From: Ignavibacteria bacterium
GTDB lineage: Bacteria; Bacteroidota; Ignavibacteria; Tepidaquicellales; OLB5
Assembly: GCA_030835025.1 (NCBI GenBank)
Contig: JAUQWS010000101.1
Location: 14,097 to 78,096 of the forward strand
DNA length: 64,000 nucleotides
Direction: 5' to 3'
Both the position numbers and the translations under genes were made by a program. The first letter of the stretch is position 1, and the number at the start of each line of letters is the position of its first letter. Shown piece by piece: positions 27,865 to 38,286 of the stretch. The notes beneath the pieces are model-generated. The model did no database searches and was not told the DNA's origin. It worked only from the letters and a program-made list of their open reading frames with translations.

Positions 27865-29112
27865 TTATTCGTACTTTTTGAATACAAGAGCTGTGTTGTG
27901 TCCGCCAAATCCTGAATTATCACACAGTACTGTATTTATTTCTTTCTTCAATGCTTTATTAGGCACATAGTTCAAATCACACTCGGGATCGGGAACTTCG
28001 TAATTGATAGTCGGCGGAACCATGCCCTTATTTATTGTCAAAACAGATGCAATCGATTCTACTGCTCCGGCTGCTCCCAGCAAATGACCTATCATAGATT
28101 TTATTGAATGAACCGGAATCTTATAGGCATGTTCGCCCAAAACTTTCTTTATGGCCGCGGTTTCGTTCTTATCATTGTAATATGTTGATGTACCGTGGGC
28201 ATTTACGCAGTCAATATCAACAGGTTTCATCCCGGCATCTTCTATTGCAATTCTCATCGCTTCGGCAACGCCTTCGCCTTCAGGCGCAGGCTCCGTAATG
28301 TGATGTGCATCAGCGGTCAATCCGATACCTGCTATTTCAGCATAAATCTTCGCACCTCTTGCCTTTGCAAACTCAAGCTCTTCCAGAACGATCGTTCCCC
28401 CGCCTTCTCCCATTACAAATCCGTCGCGGTTCTTTTCAAAAGGCCTTGAACCTTTTTCAGGTGCATCGTTGCGTGTTGAAAGCGCCTTCATTGCGTTAAA
28501 GCCGCCTACACCCATGGGGCAAATCACAGCTTCTGAGCCTCCTGTTACCATTACATCAGCATTACCGCGCTGGATCAGCATGAACGAATCTGCAATAGAA
28601 TGTGCAGATGTTGTACATGCAGAAATAGTTGCATAGTTGGGACCCTTCAACCCGTATAGCATGGAAATCCTGCCGGCTGCAATATCAGCAATAAGCATTG
28701 GGATAAAAAATGGGCTTATGCGGTCAGGGTTACCTTCCTTCTTAAAAAGTTTTTCCTGTTCCTTCTGGTAAACCTGCATTCCGCCAATACCTGAACCGAA
28801 AACAACACCAATCCTGTAAGGATCGATCTTTGTCATATCAAGTGCGGCATCTTTAAACGCCATGTCGGCTGATGCGATTGCGAATTGAGTGAAAGGGTCT
28901 ACTCGCTGGGTAAGTTTCCTATCCATATAGTTCAGCGGATCAAAACCTTTAACCTCGCAGGCAAACTTCGTATCGAAGTGAGTTGTATCAAAATACGTTA
29001 TTGGAGCTGCGCCGCTTTTTCCGGCCAGGAGATTATTCCAGAAGTCTTCAATAGTGTTCCCCAGCGGAGTAATAACACCGAGTCCCGTTATTACAACTCG
29101 TCTTTTCTGCAT
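27865..29112 (-). CDS. fabF: Beta-ketoacyl-ACP synthase II
   Basis: RVVITGLG, ACTTSAHSI (active-site Cys), NAHGTST and GHLLGAAG are present. Confidence 0.95.
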   Translation of the reverse strand: MQKRRVVITGLGVITPLGNTIEDFWNNLLAGKSGAAPITYFDTTHFDTKFACEVKGFDPLNYMDRKLTQRVDPFTQFAIASADMAFKDAALDMTKIDPYRIGVVFGSGIGGMQVYQKEQEKLFKKEGNPDRISPFFIPMLIADIAAGRISMLYGLKGPNYATISACTTSAHSIADSFMLIQRGNADVMVTGGSEAVICPMGVGGFNAMKALSTRNDAPEKGSRPFEKNRDGFVMGEGGGTIVLEELEFAKARGAKIYAEIAGIGLTADAHHITEPAPEGEGVAEAMRIAIEDAGMKPVDIDCVNAHGTSTYYNDKNETAAIKKVLGEHAYKIPVHSIKSMIGHLLGAAGAVESIASVLTINKGMVPPTINYEVPDPECDLNYVPNKALKKEINTVLCDNSGFGGHNTALVFKKYE

Positions 29113-29119
29113 TTTGAAT

Positions 29120-29359
29120 TTAAGCTACTTTAGATTTTACATAATTCACTGCGTCACCAACAGTCTGTATCTTTTCCTGGTCTTCATCCGGAATCTGTAT
29201 GTTGAACCTGTTCTCAAGTTCCATAATAAGTTCAACTGTATCAAGTGAATCGGCCCCTAAATCGTTAATAAACGATGCATTTGGGGTAACTTTTGATTCC
29301 TCTACTCCTAGTTTTTCAACTATTGCCTCTTTTATCTGAGCTTCAACATCTACTGCCAT
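29120..29359 (-). CDS. acpP: Acyl carrier protein
   Basis: The phosphopantetheine site [16 protein letters not shown] is present. 79 aa, with an AGGAGG Shine-Dalgarno upstream. Confidence 0.95.
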   Translation of the reverse strand: MAVDVEAQIKEAIVEKLGVEESKVTPNASFINDLGADSLDTVELIMELENRFNIQIPDEDQEKIQTVGDAVNYVKSKVA

Positions 29360-29515
29360 TTTCGATTCCTCCTGTTATAAAAAATTTTTGGATAATCACA
29401 AAAATACTAATAAAATTGGTAATTTTAAAGGGGGACTATCTTCCGCCATTTTTGCTTATGGGGAACTATTTTCACCCAAAATGAGTCATTATTTTGAGAT
29501 ATTTCAATTTGATAA

Positions 29516-30403
29516 ATGAACATTTATAAATATCTTGCAGCAATGAAATTATCCATAATCATTCTACTTTTTCTGACTATGAAAATGCAGGCAGTTTCCC
29601 AGGATCTGATTTATGCTGTTGCAAATGAACCAACTCCCGTGCTCAATTCTCCCGATTTCGAGTCTGTATTCGGCGGCATAAGCGGGATATCGCTGAAGAC
29701 TGATGACCAGGGACTCATCCGCGAAATGGAATTCATAGCCCTGCCGGGTACAGTGTTCGACCTGATGGGCGAGTTAGACTATGGCACACACAAAATATTC
29801 AAAGTGGAATGCAAAGAATATGAATATGGAACTGATCTGTTTATCGATAGCCGTTTTGTTGAACTCAAAAAAGTAAGACCTAAAGAGAGATTTATAAAAA
29901 TACCTTCAAAGAAGGAAATTTATGAAGCTTTGGACAATTTTGTCGGTAACAGATATTGCTGGGGCGGGAATTATAATTCAGGAATAAGCAAACTGATTGA
30001 ATTGTACAAACCCTCAGGGGAAATTACAAATGCATTAAGAAATGAGTGGATACTTTCCGGTTGTGACTGCTCCGGGTTAATGTATGAAGCAACAAATGGC
30101 TTCACTCCGCGTAACACAAGCAAGCTTGTTAATTATGGTGACGCAGTTGAAATAGCAGGACTCTCTGCCGAAGAGATCGCAGCGAAACTAAAACCGCTTG
30201 ATATGATAGTGTGGAACGGACATGTAATTTATGTTTATGATGAGAAGACTACCATTCAGAGCAGTTTATCTAAAGGCGGCGTGGTAAAACTTGATCTAAT
30301 AGAAACATTGAAAGAAGTTATGAATACCCGAACTCCGGTAAATGATTACAATAGTACAGAAGCTTCATGGTTTGTAGTAAGGAGATGGTTTCCTGACAAA
30401 TAA
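29516..30403 (+). CDS. Exported NlpC/P60 (C40) family peptidase-like protein
   Basis: After a signal peptide, YCWGGN...SGCDCSGLMYEA gives the catalytic Cys context and NGHVIYVY the His context. Confidence 0.6.
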   Translation: MNIYKYLAAMKLSIIILLFLTMKMQAVSQDLIYAVANEPTPVLNSPDFESVFGGISGISLKTDDQGLIREMEFIALPGTVFDLMGELDYGTHKIFKVECKEYEYGTDLFIDSRFVELKKVRPKERFIKIPSKKEIYEALDNFVGNRYCWGGNYNSGISKLIELYKPSGEITNALRNEWILSGCDCSGLMYEATNGFTPRNTSKLVNYGDAVEIAGLSAEEIAAKLKPLDMIVWNGHVIYVYDEKTTIQSSLSKGGVVKLDLIETLKEVMNTRTPVNDYNSTEASWFVVRRWFPDK

Positions 30404-30475
30404 CACATAACAAATAACAAATACCCTTAATAATTTTTCCTGGTAATTTGGTTTTTGCTATTTGGATATTTGGTA

Positions 30476-31432
30476 TTAGGTTTTGGCTGAAGCTTTTTTT
30501 AATCTGTTCATTATAGCTAAACCAATTCCCTTTTCCTGAACTTTTTCACAGTAAATAGTTTTGATTCCTCTCTTATCGCACTCTCTGAAAAATGAAAATA
30601 AGTTTTTGGCATACTCTTCATTTGATCTGCATATCTTAACAAACTCAAAAATTTTCGAATACTTTTTATTCAATCCAATGAAAGCTGTTATAGTCTTTTT
30701 ATTCTTAATTCGTAATTCGTAATTCGTAATTAATTTTACCCTGGCATCAGGAGAATAATGATTGTATTTCTGCCCCGGGCTTTTTATCTTCAAGCTGCTT
30801 TTTCTGATCTTTGCAAGCCTGTCAATTTTTTTAAGCTCTTCCAGAGTAAAAACACCCGGCCTTAGAATAACAGGGTGTTTTCCTGTACAGTCAACAACTG
30901 TTGATTCAAGTCCGAACCTTGATACAGGACCTTTGAGTATGCAGGGAATTTTTCCATCGAAATCTGAGCTCACGTGTTCAAAACCAGTCGGTGAAGGTGA
31001 ACCCGATATATTTGCACTTGGTGCAGCGATCGGCACTCCGCTTAACTTGATGAATTTTCTGGCTATCATTGATGACGGCATTCTGAGGGCAATTGTATCA
31101 AGCCCGGCTGTAACCATATCAGATATGATCTCATTTTTTTTCAAAATTACCGTTACAGGTCCGGGGAAAAACTTATCGATAAGCTTTTTTGCATATTCAG
31201 GTATTGCTTTGGTTAGGATCGAAATGTCCTTTTTTGCAGAAACATGCACTATGATGGGATTATCCTTAGGCCTCCCTTTCGCTTTGAAAATCTTCTTTAT
31301 TGCCTGATCATTGTATGCATTTGCGCCGAGCCCGTAAACTGTTTCAGTCGGAAAAGCCACAACTTCTCCGCGCACAATAATCTGCGCAGCTTTGGCAATT
31401 GAACCTGTAACGAGTGTCTTCATTTTGTGCAA
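30476..31432 (-). CDS. tsaC: L-threonylcarbamoyladenylate synthase (YrdC + Sua5 domains)
   Basis: GEVVAFPTETVYGLGANA, RMP and APSAN.SG are present, together with a ~110-aa C-terminal Sua5 domain. Confidence 0.9.
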   Translation of the reverse strand: MHKMKTLVTGSIAKAAQIIVRGEVVAFPTETVYGLGANAYNDQAIKKIFKAKGRPKDNPIIVHVSAKKDISILTKAIPEYAKKLIDKFFPGPVTVILKKNEIISDMVTAGLDTIALRMPSSMIARKFIKLSGVPIAAPSANISGSPSPTGFEHVSSDFDGKIPCILKGPVSRFGLESTVVDCTGKHPVILRPGVFTLEELKKIDRLAKIRKSSLKIKSPGQKYNHYSPDARVKLITNYELRIKNKKTITAFIGLNKKYSKIFEFVKICRSNEEYAKNLFSFFRECDKRGIKTIYCEKVQEKGIGLAIMNRLKKASAKT

Positions 31433-31538
31433 AATAGCTCTTATAACACTTATAATTAACCCATCAAATCAGCACCACAATACAGTGCAGAAATTTCGAA
31501 TATGACCAAAATCATATTAAATGATGACCATTAGTGAT

Positions 31539-31546
31539 TAATTTTG
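31539..31546 (+). promoter_or_regulatory. TAATTTTG -7 box upstream of nifJ
   Basis: It matches TAnnTTTG and lies 73 nt upstream of ATG 31620. Confidence 0.3.
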
Positions 31547-31619
31547 AGTAATACAATTCGGGATTTTTAGCCCGCAGATGAAAAAAAAATTTGAGAAAGA
31601 ACTCTATAGATAAGTATAA

Positions 31620-34600
31620 ATGGAACGCAAAAAAGTAACAATTGACGGAAACGAAGCCGCAGCATATGTTGCATATAACTTGAACGAAGTCTGCGCAATT
31701 TACCCTATAACTCCATCGTCAAACATGGGAGAGCTTTGCGATCAATGGGCATCGGAAAATAAGAAAAACCTTTGGGGAATAATTCCCACAGTACAGGAAA
31801 TGCAGTCAGAAGGCGGTGCATCAGGGGCAGTACACGGAGCGCTGCAAAACGGATCTTTAACCACTACATTCACGGCGTCACAGGGTCTGCTGCTAATGAT
31901 ACCGAACATGTACAAAATTGCAGGCGAGCTCACTTCAACTGTGTTCCATGTTACTGCACGCTCTATTGCTGCACAGGCGCTTTCGATATTCGGTGATCAT
32001 TCTGACGTGATGGCAATAAGACAGACAGGTTTTGCTATGATGTGTTCATCAACTCCGCAGGAATGCATGGACCTCGCACTGATTTCACAGGCAGCAACTC
32101 TGGAAAGCAGAATTCCGTTTTTACATTTCTTTGATGGTTTCAGAACATCGCACGAAGTGATGAAAATAGAACAGCTGACCATTGATGATATGAGACAAAT
32201 GATAAGTGAAAAAGATATACTTGAGCACCGTAAACGCGCACTTTCGCCTGATAATCCGTTTATCAGGGGTACTGCACAGAACCCCGATGTTTACTTCCAG
32301 GCAAGAGAAACAGTTAATAGATTTTACAATGTGTGCCCTGATATGGTACAGAAACAGATGGATAAGTTTGCGCAGATAGCAGGAAGAAAATACCGTTTGT
32401 TTGATTACTACGGACATCCTGAAGCAGAAAGAGTTATAGTAATAATGGGCTCAGGCGCACAGGCAGCCATGGAAATGGTTGACTGGCTCCTAAGCAAAGG
32501 CGAAAAGATCGGTCTTGTTATTGTAAGATTGTACAGGCCCTTTTCAATATCGCATTTCCTAACTGCTCTTCCTGCAACTGCAAAGAATATTGCAGTTCTG
32601 GACAGAACAAAAGAACCGGGCTCAGCAGGCGAACCGCTCTATCTGGATATTGTCAATGCAGTTGCTGAATCATACGCAGATGGTAAACTAAAAACACTTC
32701 CAAAGATCATCGGCGGCAGGTACGGACTCTCATCAAAAGAATTCACGCCTTCAATGGTTAAGGCAGTATATGATGAGCTGAAAAAGCCCGATGCGAAAAA
32801 CCATTTCACAGTTGGTATAATTGATGACGTAACCAATACAAGCCTTGATTTCGATATGGATCTGAATGTTGAGGAGCCTGAAACTTTCCGCGGAAAGTTT
32901 TACGGTCTGGGTGCCGATGGTACCGTTGGAGCCAATAAGAATTCCATAAAAATAATCGGTGAAGAAACTGATAATTATGCACAGGGATTTTTTGTGTATG
33001 ACTCAAAAAAATCCGGTACAATGACTACGTCACATCTGCGATTTGGGCCTAAACCTATCAGGTCAACCTATCTTATATCCAAAGCAGATTTTATTGCTTG
33101 CCATCAGCCCAATTTCCTTGAAAAGATCGACATGCTTGAGGATGCTGAAGAGGGAGCTACTTTTCTGCTCAATACAAACATCTCTAAAGATAAGATCTGG
33201 GACACATTGCCCGAAAAAGTGCAGGCTGATATCATAAAGAAGAAGATCAAGTTCTTCGTAATTGATGCATATAAAGTTGCAAAAGAAACCGGAATGGGGC
33301 TGAGGATCAACTCCATTATGCAAACATGTTTCTTTGCGATTTCCAACATTCTGCCCAAAGATGAGGCAATTGAAAAGATCAAAAAGAGCATTGAAAAAAC
33401 ATACGGCAAAAAAGGTGAAGCAGTAGTTAAAATGAACTTTGATTCCGTTGACAAAACACTTGAGAATCTTTTTGAAGTATCTATACCTGCCAAGACCTCC
33501 AGCACAAGGAAACTTCAGCCTGCTGTTAAAGAGATAGCTCCTGAATTCGTTCGCAAAGTTACTGCTATGATGATAGAAGGCAAAGGAGATATGATCCCTG
33601 TAAGCAAGCTGCCTGTGGACGGAACTTACCCGTCAGCAACTGCAATGTGGGAAAAACGCAATATAGCCCTTGAAGTCCCTGTATGGGATGCAGAGATCTG
33701 TATACAATGCAACAAATGTGCAATTGTCTGCCCGCATGCCTCTATCAGACCAAAAGTATATCATGAAAATGATCTGCACTCAAACGGTTCAGCAAACGGT
33801 GTTCCCGAGACTTTCAAATATGTGAAATACCGCGGCAAGGAATTCGGAGAAGGCGCATTATACTCTCTCCAGGTAGCTGTTGAGGACTGTACTGGATGCG
33901 GCATTTGTGTTGAGGTCTGCCCCGCTAAGAATAAAAAGGAAACACGCTTTAAAGCAATTAATATGATGCCGCATGAAGACTTCAGGGAAAAAGAAAGTGT
34001 GAACTTTGATTTCTTCCTTTCATTGCCTGAAGTCGATAAGACAAAGATAAATACTTCTTCGGTAAAGGATTCGCAGTTCCTTCAGCCGCTATTTGAATTT
34101 TCAGGTGCATGCCTGGGATGCGGCGAAACACCTTATGTAAAGCTTGTGAGCCAGTTGTTTGGCGATAGGGCCGTTATTGCCAACGCTACAGGCTGTTCAT
34201 CCATCTATGGCGGCAACCTGCCAACTACTCCGTGGGCTATAAACAAAGAAGGACGCGGGCCGGCATGGAGTAATTCGCTTTTTGAAGATAATGCTGAATT
34301 TGGACTTGGTTACAGGCTGGCAATTGATAAACACAGGGACCTTGCTTGCGAAATGCTCAGAAGACTTGCTTCTGATGTTGGCGAAAAGCTCACAAGTGAA
34401 TTGATTAATGCTGTTCAGGATGATGAATACGGTATTTATGAACAGAGATTAAGAGTAGCAGAGCTGAAGAAAAAGCTCGAAAAGATTAACAGTGATGATG
34501 CAAGAACTCTTACCTGGCTCAGTGATTACCTTGTAAAGAAATCCGTTTGGATTATGGGAGGCGATGGCTGGGCATATGATATTGGCTTCGGGGGAGTAGA

Positions 34601-35204
34601 TCACGTACTGCTATCGGGTCGTAATGTAAACCTGCTTGTTCTGGATACGGAGGTATATTCAAACACAGGCGGTCAAACATCCAAATCCACTCCCCGCGCT
34701 GCCGTTGCAAAGTTCTCGGCAGCCGGAAAAACGACGGCTAAGAAAGATCTTGGACTCCTTGCAGTTAGCTATGGCAATGTTTATGTTGCAAGAGTTGCTC
34801 TCGGTTCAAGCGATACTCAAACGCTGAAAGCTTTTATTGAAGCTGAAAAATACGACGGGCCTTCTTTGATCATTGCATACAGCCATTGTATAGCTCATGG
34901 CATCAATATGAGAACTGCTATGCAGAACCAGAAAGCAGCCGTTGATTCAGGATACTGGCCGCTGTTCAGGTTCAATCCTGAACTTCAGAATAAGGGCGAA
35001 TCTCCGTTTAAGCTTGATTCCAAAGCACCGAAGATGAAGTTACAGGATTATGCATATCTTGAAACAAGATATAAGATGCTCACAAAGAGCCACCCCGAAG
35101 AGGCTAAGAAACTAATGCTCGAGGCGCAGGATGATGTTAATAAACGCTGGAAAATGTACGAAGATCTGGATGTTGATTTCAAGAATGTGACTGTAAAGGA
35201 ATGA
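31620..35204 (+). CDS. nifJ: Pyruvate:ferredoxin (flavodoxin) oxidoreductase, single-chain
   Basis: 1194 aa. It has two ferredoxin-type CxxCxxCxxxCP motifs (CIQCNKCAIVCP, CTGCGICVEVCP) and the TPP motif GGDGWAYDIG...NTGGQ. Confidence 0.95.
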   Translation: MERKKVTIDGNEAAAYVAYNLNEVCAIYPITPSSNMGELCDQWASENKKNLWGIIPTVQEMQSEGGASGAVHGALQNGSLTTTFTASQGLLLMIPNMYKIAGELTSTVFHVTARSIAAQALSIFGDHSDVMAIRQTGFAMMCSSTPQECMDLALISQAATLESRIPFLHFFDGFRTSHEVMKIEQLTIDDMRQMISEKDILEHRKRALSPDNPFIRGTAQNPDVYFQARETVNRFYNVCPDMVQKQMDKFAQIAGRKYRLFDYYGHPEAERVIVIMGSGAQAAMEMVDWLLSKGEKIGLVIVRLYRPFSISHFLTALPATAKNIAVLDRTKEPGSAGEPLYLDIVNAVAESYADGKLKTLPKIIGGRYGLSSKEFTPSMVKAVYDELKKPDAKNHFTVGIIDDVTNTSLDFDMDLNVEEPETFRGKFYGLGADGTVGANKNSIKIIGEETDNYAQGFFVYDSKKSGTMTTSHLRFGPKPIRSTYLISKADFIACHQPNFLEKIDMLEDAEEGATFLLNTNISKDKIWDTLPEKVQADIIKKKIKFFVIDAYKVAKETGMGLRINSIMQTCFFAISNILPKDEAIEKIKKSIEKTYGKKGEAVVKMNFDSVDKTLENLFEVSIPAKTSSTRKLQPAVKEIAPEFVRKVTAMMIEGKGDMIPVSKLPVDGTYPSATAMWEKRNIALEVPVWDAEICIQCNKCAIVCPHASIRPKVYHENDLHSNGSANGVPETFKYVKYRGKEFGEGALYSLQVAVEDCTGCGICVEVCPAKNKKETRFKAINMMPHEDFREKESVNFDFFLSLPEVDKTKINTSSVKDSQFLQPLFEFSGACLGCGETPYVKLVSQLFGDRAVIANATGCSSIYGGNLPTTPWAINKEGRGPAWSNSLFEDNAEFGLGYRLAIDKHRDLACEMLRRLASDVGEKLTSELINAVQDDEYGIYEQRLRVAELKKKLEKINSDDARTLTWLSDYLVKKSVWIMGGDGWAYDIGFGGVDHVLLSGRNVNLLVLDTEVYSNTGGQTSKSTPRAAVAKFSAAGKTTAKKDLGLLAVSYGNVYVARVALGSSDTQTLKAFIEAEKYDGPSLIIAYSHCIAHGINMRTAMQNQKAAVDSGYWPLFRFNPELQNKGESPFKLDSKAPKMKLQDYAYLETRYKMLTKSHPEEAKKLMLEAQDDVNKRWKMYEDLDVDFKNVTVKE

Positions 35205-35211
35205 TTGAGCT

Positions 35212-35565
35212 GTGAAGCACCTGATCATAATTAATGACCAGCCATACGGCAGCGAAAAACCTTACAATGCAATAAGGCTGGCTATTCAGATCCAGAAAGA
35301 TTTTCCCGGTGAAGAAGTAAGGATATTCCTTATGGCAGATGCTGCCGCCTGCGCACTGAAAGATCAGAAAACTCCGGGCGGATATTACAATATCGAAAGA
35401 ATGCTGAAGCTGATCATGAATAACGGTGCTAAAGTGAGGATCTGTACATCATGCGCAGAGGCAAGAGGTATTAAAACAGAATCGATAATGGAAGGAACTG
35501 CGATGAGCACTATGGCTGAGCTTGCAGATTGGTATATGGATTCTGATAAGATAACAACTTTTTAA
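35212..35565 (+). CDS. DsrE/DsrF-like sulfur-relay family protein
   Basis: 117 aa in the DsrE-like pattern (LIIINDQPYGSEK...FLMADAA...ICTSCAEARG). The GTG start is 7 nt after the nifJ stop. Confidence 0.7.
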   Translation: MKHLIIINDQPYGSEKPYNAIRLAIQIQKDFPGEEVRIFLMADAAACALKDQKTPGGYYNIERMLKLIMNNGAKVRICTSCAEARGIKTESIMEGTAMSTMAELADWYMDSDKITTF

Positions 35566-35593
35566 TAAGAACGAATTTTAAAGTTATACGAAA

Positions 35594-36592
35594 ATGTCTA
35601 ATATAGATCTATCTACCCATTATCTGGGAATGACACTAAAGAATCCTATTGTGCCATCTGCGTCACCGCTTTCGCGTGATATAGGCAATGTTAAAATGAT
35701 GGAAGATGCCGGCGCATCGGCTGTTGTGATGTATTCGCTCTTCGAAGAGCAGATAACTCATGAAACGCTGGAACTTTATCATCACACCTCCTATCATTCG
35801 GATACTCACGCAGAAGCGCTTTCATACTTTCCGGAATATTCAGAGTACATTCTGGGTCCCGATGAATACCTTGAGCATATTCACAAGATCAAGAAATCGG
35901 TAAATATTCCAATAATAGGGAGCCTTAACGGCTGCACAGATGGCGGCTGGACAAAATACGCAAAGCTCATAGAAGAAGCCGGTGCTGACGCATTAGAGTT
36001 AAACGTTTATCTGCTTGCAACTGACCTTGGTACAAGCTCACAAGATATAGAAAATGTATATATTGAAACCCTGCGATCAGTAAAAGCGCATGTAGGAATA
36101 CCTGTGGCAATAAAGATAAGCCCTTACATCAGCGCGCTTGGACATTTTGCAAAAAGACTTGATAATGAAGGAGTTGACGGACTTGTGCTGTTTAATCGTT
36201 TTTACCAGCCCGATATTGACCTCGAGAATCTTGAAGTTGTGCCAAATGTTCTTCTCAGCAACAGCCAGTCAATGCGCCTCCCGCTAAGATGGATAGCAAT
36301 CCTTTACGGCAGGATAAATGCAAGCCTTGCAGCAACGAGCGGAGTTAACACAGCCGAAGACGTGCTGAAACTTATTATGACAGGTGCAAGCGTTACTCAG
36401 ATGTTTGCGGCACTGCATAAACACGGCATAAACCATATCAGGAAAGTTCTGAATGATATTGAAGCCTGGATGACCGAACATGAATATGAATCAATAAAGA
36501 TGATGAAAGGCAGCATGAGCCACCGCTCGGTTGCAAATCCGGGAGCATTTGAAAGAGCTAATTATATGAAGGCTCTCAACAGCTTCAAATAA
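35594..36592 (+). CDS. Dihydroorotate dehydrogenase-like protein (class 1 DHOD/TIM-barrel flavoprotein family, not canonical PyrD)
   Basis: DLST.YLGMTLKNPIVPSASPLS, GADALELNVY and LFNRFYQPDIDLE match the 'DHOD-like protein' family pattern as I recall it. Confidence 0.75.
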   Translation: MSNIDLSTHYLGMTLKNPIVPSASPLSRDIGNVKMMEDAGASAVVMYSLFEEQITHETLELYHHTSYHSDTHAEALSYFPEYSEYILGPDEYLEHIHKIKKSVNIPIIGSLNGCTDGGWTKYAKLIEEAGADALELNVYLLATDLGTSSQDIENVYIETLRSVKAHVGIPVAIKISPYISALGHFAKRLDNEGVDGLVLFNRFYQPDIDLENLEVVPNVLLSNSQSMRLPLRWIAILYGRINASLAATSGVNTAEDVLKLIMTGASVTQMFAALHKHGINHIRKVLNDIEAWMTEHEYESIKMMKGSMSHRSVANPGAFERANYMKALNSFK

Positions 36593-36619
36593 AACATAAG
36601 AAGTGAGTATTATTACTAA

Positions 36620-36645
36620 GGGGATATGTAAATATCCCCTTTTTG
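36620..36645 (+). terminator. Rho-independent terminator of the nifJ cluster
   Basis: ggggatat-gtaa-atatcccc is followed by T5. Confidence 0.65.
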
Positions 36646-36717
36646 TTTATCTTTGCCAAAACCCGAATGCCCAATCCTGCAATCCTTAGAATCTGACGTT
36701 CCGGTAATACCGTATAT

Positions 36718-37692
36718 TCAGACTGCTTCCCTGTTGAACTTGCTTCTGTAATCAACCGGTGACATCCCTGTTATCTTCTTGAAAACATCCCTGAACGCTT
36801 TCGTATCCGTATATCCGATATCATACATGACTTCATTCACATTTTTCCTTCCGGTTTCAAGCTGCTTCTTAGCTGCTTCTATTTTCACTCTGTGAACATA
36901 TTCAACTATTGAATTGCTGGTAGCTTTTTTGAACCTCCGTTCAAATGTTCGCCTGCCAACTCCGAACTGTTCGCAAAGCTCATCAACAGTGATCCTGTCA
37001 TTGTAATTAGTTTCAATATATTCCTGCGCTTTCTTCACAGTATCATCTTCGTGGTCTTTTTGCCCGCTGAACATAATAAAAGGCGACTGGCTGGTAAGAG
37101 CAATATCCAGCAAAAAGAATTTTGAAGCCTGTATGGCGGTCTCGCGGTCTGTATATTTTTCAACAAGGTAAAGCAAAAGGCTCCAGTATGAATTCGCTCC
37201 CCCGCTTGAGTATAAACCGTTTTGCGAGGTGATAACCTTATCATGAACCAGCTTGATTTCGGGGAAAGTGTTTTTGAATTCATTTGCGTAAAGCCAATGG
37301 GTTGAACACTGCTTGCCGTCAAGCAAACCTGTGGATGCCAGCAAAAAAGCTCCCACGCAAAGACTTGCCACTTCGGAACCTGATTTGTACTGTTCAATTA
37401 TCCATGGAATAAAATCCTTGTTAAGCTCAACTGCGCTTTTCATTTCTCCCGAAAGTGCAGGAACTATCACCAGGTCTGTTTTCTTTACTTCATCTAACAA
37501 ATACTGAGTGTGAATCGAGAACAAACCCCCATTCAGTTTGACTTCCTTTTGAAGACCGGCAAGCTGAACTAAGAACTCCGGTTTCTTTCCTGATTTTTTC
37601 AGCAGCTCGTTTGCAGCGGTGAACATGTACAATGGATCCGCGATGCTCGCCAGCACTACTTCTTCCGGTACTAAAATTGTTATTATTTTCAT
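36718..37692 (-). CDS. GlxA-family regulator (DJ-1/PfpI domain + AraC HTH)
   Basis: The DJ-1-like context is ASLCVGAFLLASTGLLDG and the C-terminal AraC HTH is MYDIGYTDTKAFRDVFKKITGMSP. I place the start at ATG 37692 because the ORF-track start at 37722 is a TTG. Confidence 0.85.
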   Translation of the reverse strand: MKIITILVPEEVVLASIADPLYMFTAANELLKKSGKKPEFLVQLAGLQKEVKLNGGLFSIHTQYLLDEVKKTDLVIVPALSGEMKSAVELNKDFIPWIIEQYKSGSEVASLCVGAFLLASTGLLDGKQCSTHWLYANEFKNTFPEIKLVHDKVITSQNGLYSSGGANSYWSLLLYLVEKYTDRETAIQASKFFLLDIALTSQSPFIMFSGQKDHEDDTVKKAQEYIETNYNDRITVDELCEQFGVGRRTFERRFKKATSNSIVEYVHRVKIEAAKKQLETGRKNVNEVMYDIGYTDTKAFRDVFKKITGMSPVDYRSKFNREAV

Positions 37693-37845
37693 ATACAAAA
37701 TTAATTTTAAACTTTGTCGCAATCAACCCGTTATATTGTCGTAATTGCGTATTGGCAAAGTCGCAAAAAGCGCATATGTTTGTTAGGTATTTTTGAGACA
37801 GAAAAAGGCAAATTATACACAAAAAATAAATATTCTATTCAAAAA

Positions 37846-38235
37846 ATGAAGAAAAAGTCTAAACCCGAAGTCACAGTTGATGGATATCTTGAGGTTCTGC
37901 CTGCTAAAGAGAACGCAGTATTAACAAGGATAAGAAAGGCGATCAAAACTGCCGCCCCTAAGGCAGTTGAAAAGATAAGCTATAAGATACCGGTATACAG
38001 GCTCAACGGTGACCTGATCGCATTTGCCGCATTCAAAGAGCACTGCAGCCTGATAACTATGAGCACGAACGTGATAAAGAAACTGAAAAAGGAATTGGAT
38101 ACATACAAGATTTCCGGCACAACAATTCAGTTCTATCCGGATAAACCGATACCTCCGGCACTTGTAAGAAAAATAGTTTCTCTCAGGATCAGGGAGAATT
38201 CTGAAGCTGCAGAGAAAAAGAAGTTGAAGAAGTGA
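37846..38235 (+). CDS. DUF1801 (YdhG-like) domain protein
   Basis: LTRIRKAIKTAAPKAVEKISYKIPVY...FAAFKEHCSL is the YdhG-like pattern. I place the start at ATG 37846 within the longer ORF. Confidence 0.6.
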   Translation: MKKKSKPEVTVDGYLEVLPAKENAVLTRIRKAIKTAAPKAVEKISYKIPVYRLNGDLIAFAAFKEHCSLITMSTNVIKKLKKELDTYKISGTTIQFYPDKPIPPALVRKIVSLRIRENSEAAEKKKLKK

Positions 38236-38286
38236 TCCATTTGAACTTATCAGATACATAGAACAAAAGTTATGAATTAAGAAGAC

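Noticed and set aside
30706-30731. Heptanucleotide microsatellite (TAATTCG)x3 + TAATT inside the Sua5/TsaC gene, a possible slipped-strand phase-variation site
   Set aside because: It has only three copies and lies within an essential-type housekeeping gene in frame (…NYELRIKNK…). That is too short to be a credible contingency locus.
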